64,000 nucleotides of DNA from Mobula birostris (taxonomy: Eukaryota), in the NCBI RefSeq assembly GCF_030028105.1, contig NC_092371.1, positions 14,591,884 through 14,655,883 on the forward strand, given 5' to 3'. The stretch's first letter is position 1. Each line of letters starts with the position of its first letter. Both the position numbers and the translations under genes were made by a program. The notes below the pieces were generated by a model, which was not told the origin of the DNA, searched no databases, and saw only the letters and a program-made list of their open reading frames with translations. This document shows positions 63,282 through 64,000 of this stretch, piece by piece.

Positions 63282-63319
63282 TATTCCTGACGAAGGGTCT
63301 CGGCCCGAAACGTCGACTG
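63282..63319 (+). ncRNA. Minimal hammerhead motif, copy 3
   Basis: TATTC-CTGACGA-A-GGGTCTCGGCCC-GAAA-CG-TC-GACTG. Stem II GGGU:GCCC is fully paired; one stem I mismatch. Confidence 0.7.
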
Positions 63320-63917
63320 TACCTCTTCCAACAGATGCTGCCTTACCTACTGCGTTCACTAGCATTTCTTGCGTGTGTTGTTTCTATGTTCCATGTTTTG
63401 TTTATCTATCGATAGTCGATAATCCGATAAGGTAGAATGAGGAGCGCAGATTACTCGGGAGGTGAGATGGGGTAAATTTATTCTTACCTCTCCGGGGATT
63501 GCAATAACTGGAGGGATTTAGGAAAGGGATTTGGATAGAACAATGTGATTAGTGCAGTGAGTAGTGCAACAAAGTGAACCTTGGTGCACTATTTCATTAA
63601 AAATACTCTCTTAATGCATATAATGCGTCTCATGTTGACTTTTAAAACAAGCGCAGAGAATTGGCTTGCCTCTGTGGCTCAGAGTTATCCATCAATGAAG
63701 ATCACTGAAATATTACTGGATGATTATCGCATTCCCGCCTCTTCCCCCCCCCCCCCACGAAGACTTTGAAATGCAACGGAATGCCGCATGTTCTACTACA
63801 GTTTCTTTAAAATGGCCTTCGGTTGTTGCAAAGATCACCTTTGTTATCTGCGTGACTCTATGTCTCCCTCCGTTTGACTATCTGTCTGCATCTTTGTTTA
63901 TCTCTCTGTGTGTCCGT

Positions 63918-63924
<7 letters not shown>

Positions 63925-63950
<26 letters not shown>
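63925..63950. repeat. (CT)n microsatellite
   Basis: Directly visible. Confidence 0.9.
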
Positions 63951-64000
63951 ATCCATTTATATATCTACGTGCAGCTCTATCTCTCTTTCTCCGTCTCGTT

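Larger units (their letters stand above)
60661..63385 (+). mobile_element. Longest Penelope-like element copy (N-terminal region, RT, GIY-YIG, terminal repeat)
   Basis: LSEAERSVLSHGLTFVP...FLCRLRLR (N-terminal region), FYLLPKIHKP, LRYIDDCIV, VIYCVQYSRCGLLYIGETRCRLGDRFAEH. Multiple frameshifts. Confidence 0.9.

Overview
Repeat-rich vertebrate genomic DNA from a cartilaginous fish, probably a ray or skate (inferred from the light-chain isotype and repeat families). Two host genes can be supported, in divergent head-to-head orientation about 30 kb apart. (1) At the window start on the minus strand is a spliced, apparently non-rearranging antigen-receptor-like gene: leader exon (1435-1504), one exon with a V domain already fused to a J-like G strand (448-777), an 84-bp intron, and a C1-set exon (43-363) that splices on to exons beyond the window edge. 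The ORF track misses the C1 exon. (2) A complete immunoglobulin light-chain cluster of the sigma-cart (type I/NS5) type: leader (31533-31581), germline-joined VJ (31689-32042) and C (34824-35152). Most of the remainder is decayed transposable elements: CR1 LINEs, Rex/Babar- or L2-like LINEs, a deleted Ty3/Gypsy element with related solo LTRs, Tc1 fragments and Penelope-like RT+GIY-YIG elements. The Penelope-like terminal repeats carry minimal type I hammerhead ribozyme motifs. There are also two minisatellites, several microsatellites and a 132-N gap. Repeat boundaries were read by eye and are approximate; exon boundaries were checked base by base.
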